Below are positions 57,092 through 59,943 of a DNA stretch of 59,943 nt, in pieces. Below the pieces are notes generated by a model that saw only the letters and a program-made list of their open reading frames with translations, searched no databases and had not been told where the DNA came from. A program made the position numbers and the translations under genes. Every line of letters begins with the position of its first letter. Position 1 is the first letter of the stretch. This stretch comes from a virus. Its lineage: Duplodnaviria > Caudoviricetes. Location: IMG/VR virus record IMGVR_UViG_3300036760_000042, positions 1 to 59,943 of that record, one strand, 5' to 3'.

Positions 57092-57283
57092 TCATTTATA
57101 CAAGCTCGTGCTGACGGTCTTGCCTTTCCTCCGTGCGATGTAGTAGTTGGAGACTGCACGCACGCACTTCGCGCAGTGAACTGTCCGGGTGTTGGACGGG
57201 CGCAGCGTTTTGCTGGCGCACCGTGGGCACAGCCCGGCCTTCTTCCTGTTGCTGTACGTCTGGTCCTTCGCCTTCGTTGCCAT
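57092..57283 (-). CDS. Small basic Zn-finger protein
   Basis: GGAGG RBS; GLCPRC...CAKC. Confidence 0.65.
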   Translation of the reverse strand: MATKAKDQTYSNRKKAGLCPRCASKTLRPSNTRTVHCAKCVRAVSNYYIARRKGKTVSTSLYK

Positions 57284-57323
57284 TCGTGTAGCACCTCCTC
57301 GCTGGCTACGTTACCATGCTTCG

Positions 57324-57830
57324 TTACAACGAGTCCACTGGAGCGACAAGCACGAGCGAGGACGTGTCGCTCGCAAGCCCGCGCCTGCTCATGTAGCGCG
57401 GGAGCTTCTCGGGTGTGGTGTAGGTGCAGGTCGGCCCGACACACAAGGCGAACCGCTCACCAAGGTGCGACGAGTCCATCATGTGGCACTCGTACAGTGC
57501 GACGTGCGTGGCCCCGGTGCTGACGATGGCCCGCTTGATGCCGGGGTGGACCTCCGGGTCCATCTTGTCGAGGATGTTCTGGAAGGTAGCGTCGAGGTTC
57601 TGGTTGGTCGGGTAGTCGTAGTTGCGGTCAACCTTGATGGTGACGGAGGCCTCTGCTGCGGCTTGGTCGGCGGTGACCGAGTACTTGATGTTCAGCACGT
57701 CGCCGTCCCCCTTGCAGGCTTTGCAGTCCTCAAGGGCTTCGATGTTCGTGTCCCCGTCGTAGTTGGCTGTCGACTTCCCGATGCCGTCGCACTCCGGGCA
57801 TGGCACGTACTTGGGTGCTCTCGTGGTCAT
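57324..57830 (-). CDS. Hypothetical protein with DnaJ-like CxxCxGxG motifs
   Basis: CPECDGIG and CKACKGDG; AAGGAGAACGAC leader. Confidence 0.7.
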   Translation of the reverse strand: MTTRAPKYVPCPECDGIGKSTANYDGDTNIEALEDCKACKGDGDVLNIKYSVTADQAAAEASVTIKVDRNYDYPTNQNLDATFQNILDKMDPEVHPGIKRAIVSTGATHVALYECHMMDSSHLGERFALCVGPTCTYTTPEKLPRYMSRRGLASDTSSLVLVAPVDSL

Positions 57831-57924
57831 GTCGTTCTCCTTGAGTTGATGAATGGCCGGTGGTGCTTGTGATGTTCGGGCGGGTTTGCTGGCCTGCCTA
57901 ACCGTCCCACCACCGGCCAAGTTT

Positions 57925-59097
57925 TCAGAATGCAATTCGTTTGAGCAGCATGCCAGCAGCGCGGTCCACGGTGGTCCGGTTGTCAGCGTTGCCGTTGTCC
58001 TGCGAGCGCCGGGTCATGCCGTAGGCGATGCCCCACGCCGTGTTCGGGTCCTCGCCATCACGCGCCGCGCTGAGGTAGGCCGAGTCGAGCGTCTTCCTGC
58101 TGACGCCCAGCTTGCCGACCAGCTTGTAGGCGGCATCGACCGAGTCTTCCTGCTTCGGGCCGAGCACCTTCACCTTGCTGGCCGCAACCACCCGGGCGAA
58201 CTCGGACGGGTCAGAGTTCCTGATGCCGTCCACGAACTTCCGGGTCAGGTCGTACGCCTTGTTGTGCGCGTTGCGCCCCGCGTGCACCACGTCCACCTCG
58301 ACCACGTTCTCCATGCCCCACACGATGTGGTTGCCGCAGATCGAGTCGTACCAGAACGTGGTCAGGGAGTACTTGCGCTCCCGCACTTCGCTGTTCTCCA
58401 TGAAGAACCCCGGAGACAGGAAGCGCCCACCGCCCATGTCGATGCGGCCCTCGTGTACCATGAAGGCGAACATGTTGCGGTCGCCAGCATAGAGGCCTGC
58501 CGGGGCAATCGCGTCTCCGACCTTGATGCCGAGACTGGCGTGCGCCGTGGCAATCACGTCACCCTCGGTGGCCAGCCTTGTGCCTGCCTGCCCGTGACGC
58601 GCCGGGCGTGCCGGTGGAACCCGGAACCCGCCATCACGCGCCGCGAACAGCATGCGAGAACACCAGTCACCCCAGAACCGAGCGTAGACCTCGGAACTGA
58701 TGGCGCGCAGTGTCGGCAGTCCGTTGGCGTTGGGCCGCTGGTCGATGAGCAGCACCGACTCCTTGCCGTCGTCGGCCTTCTTCTGGACCCCGTAGGTGAG
58801 CAGGTCCGCCGCCTTGTCCACCGGCAGCTTCATGAGGTACTGCGCCGGGGCTTCGGCTCTCCAGCACAACGTCTGGAACGACCAGTTGTTCACCGCGACC
58901 GGGGTGTTGGCCGGGCCGATGACCACGAGGTCATTGCCCAGTGGTTCGACGCGGGTCTGGTTCATGCGGGTTGATGCCTCGACACTGCTGTTGTGCATGG
59001 TTGCCAGCGCGTTGTCGAGCGACTCCAGAGTCTCGAACCTCTCGTCGTCCGGGCGCGTGCTCCACTGGTCCATCGCCTTCGTGCTTACGTCTTGCAT
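57925..59097 (-). CDS. DUF932/DUF945-family protein
   Basis: QWSTRPDDERF, LYAGDRNMFAF, GFFMENSEV, ICGNHIVWG, TAWGIAYGMT. Confidence 0.8.
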   Translation of the reverse strand: MQDVSTKAMDQWSTRPDDERFETLESLDNALATMHNSSVEASTRMNQTRVEPLGNDLVVIGPANTPVAVNNWSFQTLCWRAEAPAQYLMKLPVDKAADLLTYGVQKKADDGKESVLLIDQRPNANGLPTLRAISSEVYARFWGDWCSRMLFAARDGGFRVPPARPARHGQAGTRLATEGDVIATAHASLGIKVGDAIAPAGLYAGDRNMFAFMVHEGRIDMGGGRFLSPGFFMENSEVRERKYSLTTFWYDSICGNHIVWGMENVVEVDVVHAGRNAHNKAYDLTRKFVDGIRNSDPSEFARVVAASKVKVLGPKQEDSVDAAYKLVGKLGVSRKTLDSAYLSAARDGEDPNTAWGIAYGMTRRSQDNGNADNRTTVDRAAGMLLKRIAF

Positions 59098-59122
59098 CTC
59101 GTTCTCCTTTGTGGAGACTACT

Positions 59123-59176
59123 GGTCTCTTCAGCAGCCGCGTAACGGCTGTACGGGGTCGCTGCCCCGTTTCGACC
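59123..59176 (-). ncRNA. Hammerhead ribozyme, type II
   Basis: Minus strand GGUC-GAAA-CGGGG cagcga CCCCG-UA/CAGCCG uuacg CGGCUG-CUGAAGA-GACC; canonical core; predicted cut 59151/59150. Confidence 0.92.
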
Positions 59177-59350
59177 TTACGTGACCGGAACGATGCTGAC
59201 CGGCCTGAGCACCACCACTTCGCCACGCTCGGTAGTGATCGTGACGGTGTTCTCGTCCGTGTCGCACTGGACGCTCTCGTGCCCAATCTCGGCACGCAGC
59301 ACGTCCCTGATCCTCATGCACCTCAGGACAGTCAACTCACCCTTCGCCAT
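59177..59350 (-). CDS. Small hypothetical protein (57 aa, not in the ORF track)
   Basis: GGAGG RBS; MAKGELTVLRC...PVT; its TAA stop abuts the hammerhead. Confidence 0.65.
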   Translation of the reverse strand: MAKGELTVLRCMRIRDVLRAEIGHESVQCDTDENTVTITTERGEVVVLRPVSIVPVT

Positions 59351-59452
59351 GATGTTCCTCCATTGAAATGCTGGCGCATCCTTCCCACTTACTCCACGCC
59401 GAGGTTCTGTCCCCCATCGGTCGTCTGGATGCCACGCCCACCCGCCAGCGGG

Positions 59453-59662
59453 TTACTCATTTCCCCGCGTGCCGTAGTACTCCTTGAGCGGATCAAGGTC
59501 CTGCATCAGGGTCACGTCTTCACCGGAGCCGCGCCCGAAGTTGAGCTTGCTGGCCTTCTTGTAAGCGGTGAACGTCGCGACCGCCTCGCGCTTGTTGTGC
59601 CCGGAGTGGACCATGCCGATGTTGCCGCAGTAGACCCTGTAGCGATGCAGGACGCGCTTCAT
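59453..59662 (-). CDS. Hypothetical phage protein
   Basis: ATGA overlap; YCGNIG...GEDVTL. Confidence 0.65.
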   Translation of the reverse strand: MKRVLHRYRVYCGNIGMVHSGHNKREAVATFTAYKKASKLNFGRGSGEDVTLMQDLDPLKEYYGTRGNE

Positions 59663-59943
59663 GACTTCCCCTCTGGCCGGGTCACGAGACCTGCCTCAAT
59701 CATGCGCATCGCCGTGCGCCCGTAGTGCCCCTGCAGTTGCCACGCAAGGCCAGAGTCCACGAGCGACTGGAACATCGCGACGGTGTCCTCGTGCGACTGC
59801 GTGCCTCCCTCGTAGTTCATGATCGCGTCGATTGCGTCTGTCGTAGCTGGTGCCATTGTCTTCCTCCTGAGGTATGCGGTGGACATGCCACCGTGGATGG
59901 TTTCGTTGTGGAACATCGCGGCGTACTTCGCCAGCGCCAGTCC
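59659..59943 (-). CDS. 3' part of the junction-spanning gene; internal start MAPATT with its own RBS
   Basis: IMNYEGG...FQSLVDSGLAWQLQGHYGRTA motif; AGGAGG before the internal ATG. Confidence 0.7.
   Translation of the reverse strand, partial: GLALAKYAAMFHNETIHGGMSTAYLRRKTMAPATTDAIDAIMNYEGGTQSHEDTVAMFQSLVDSGLAWQLQGHYGRTAMRMIEAGLVTRPEGKS
59773..59943. repeat. Terminal direct repeat, right copy
   Basis: 170/171 identical to 1-171. Confidence 0.97.

Noticed and set aside
57853-58974. Long plus-strand ORF (373 aa) and similar antisense ORFs elsewhere
   Set aside because: Shadow frames of real genes in GC-rich DNA, with no motifs or RBS

Overview
The window is an apparently complete, GC-rich dsDNA bacteriophage genome of about 59.8 kb with podovirus-like structural genes. 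Bases 1-171 repeat at 59773-59943 with one mismatch, and a gene reads across the junction, so the genome is circular or terminally redundant. Divergent promoters lie near 3.0-3.15 kb. Rightward genes are: replication initiator and loader, methyltransferases, RmlD, a sigma-70 factor, terminase, a vWA protein, portal, scaffold, DUF5309-type capsid, a GT2-GT4 glycosyltransferase, tail tubular proteins, tailspike, tail fibre, ejection proteins including a 3243-aa polyvalent protein, and a lysis cassette with a subtilisin and an atypical tRNA-Met. A long leftward early operon (2.8 kb to 1, then 59.8 kb to 47.2 kb) carries HNH nucleases, DUF932, a Cas4-like nuclease, a RusA-like protein and many small modular ORFs. 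The most striking feature is that this leftward transcript is punctuated at gene boundaries by three predicted self-cleaving ribozymes of two classes: a permuted twister (2764-2842) and two type II hammerheads (1414-1466 and 59123-59176). A duplicated, core-mutated hammerhead half and a shared leader motif accompany them. This suggests ribozyme-based mRNA segmentation and possibly circular mRNA formation. No integrase, repressor, DNA polymerase, reverse transcriptase or CRISPR array was recognised. All family calls are from motif recognition by eye, with no database search.
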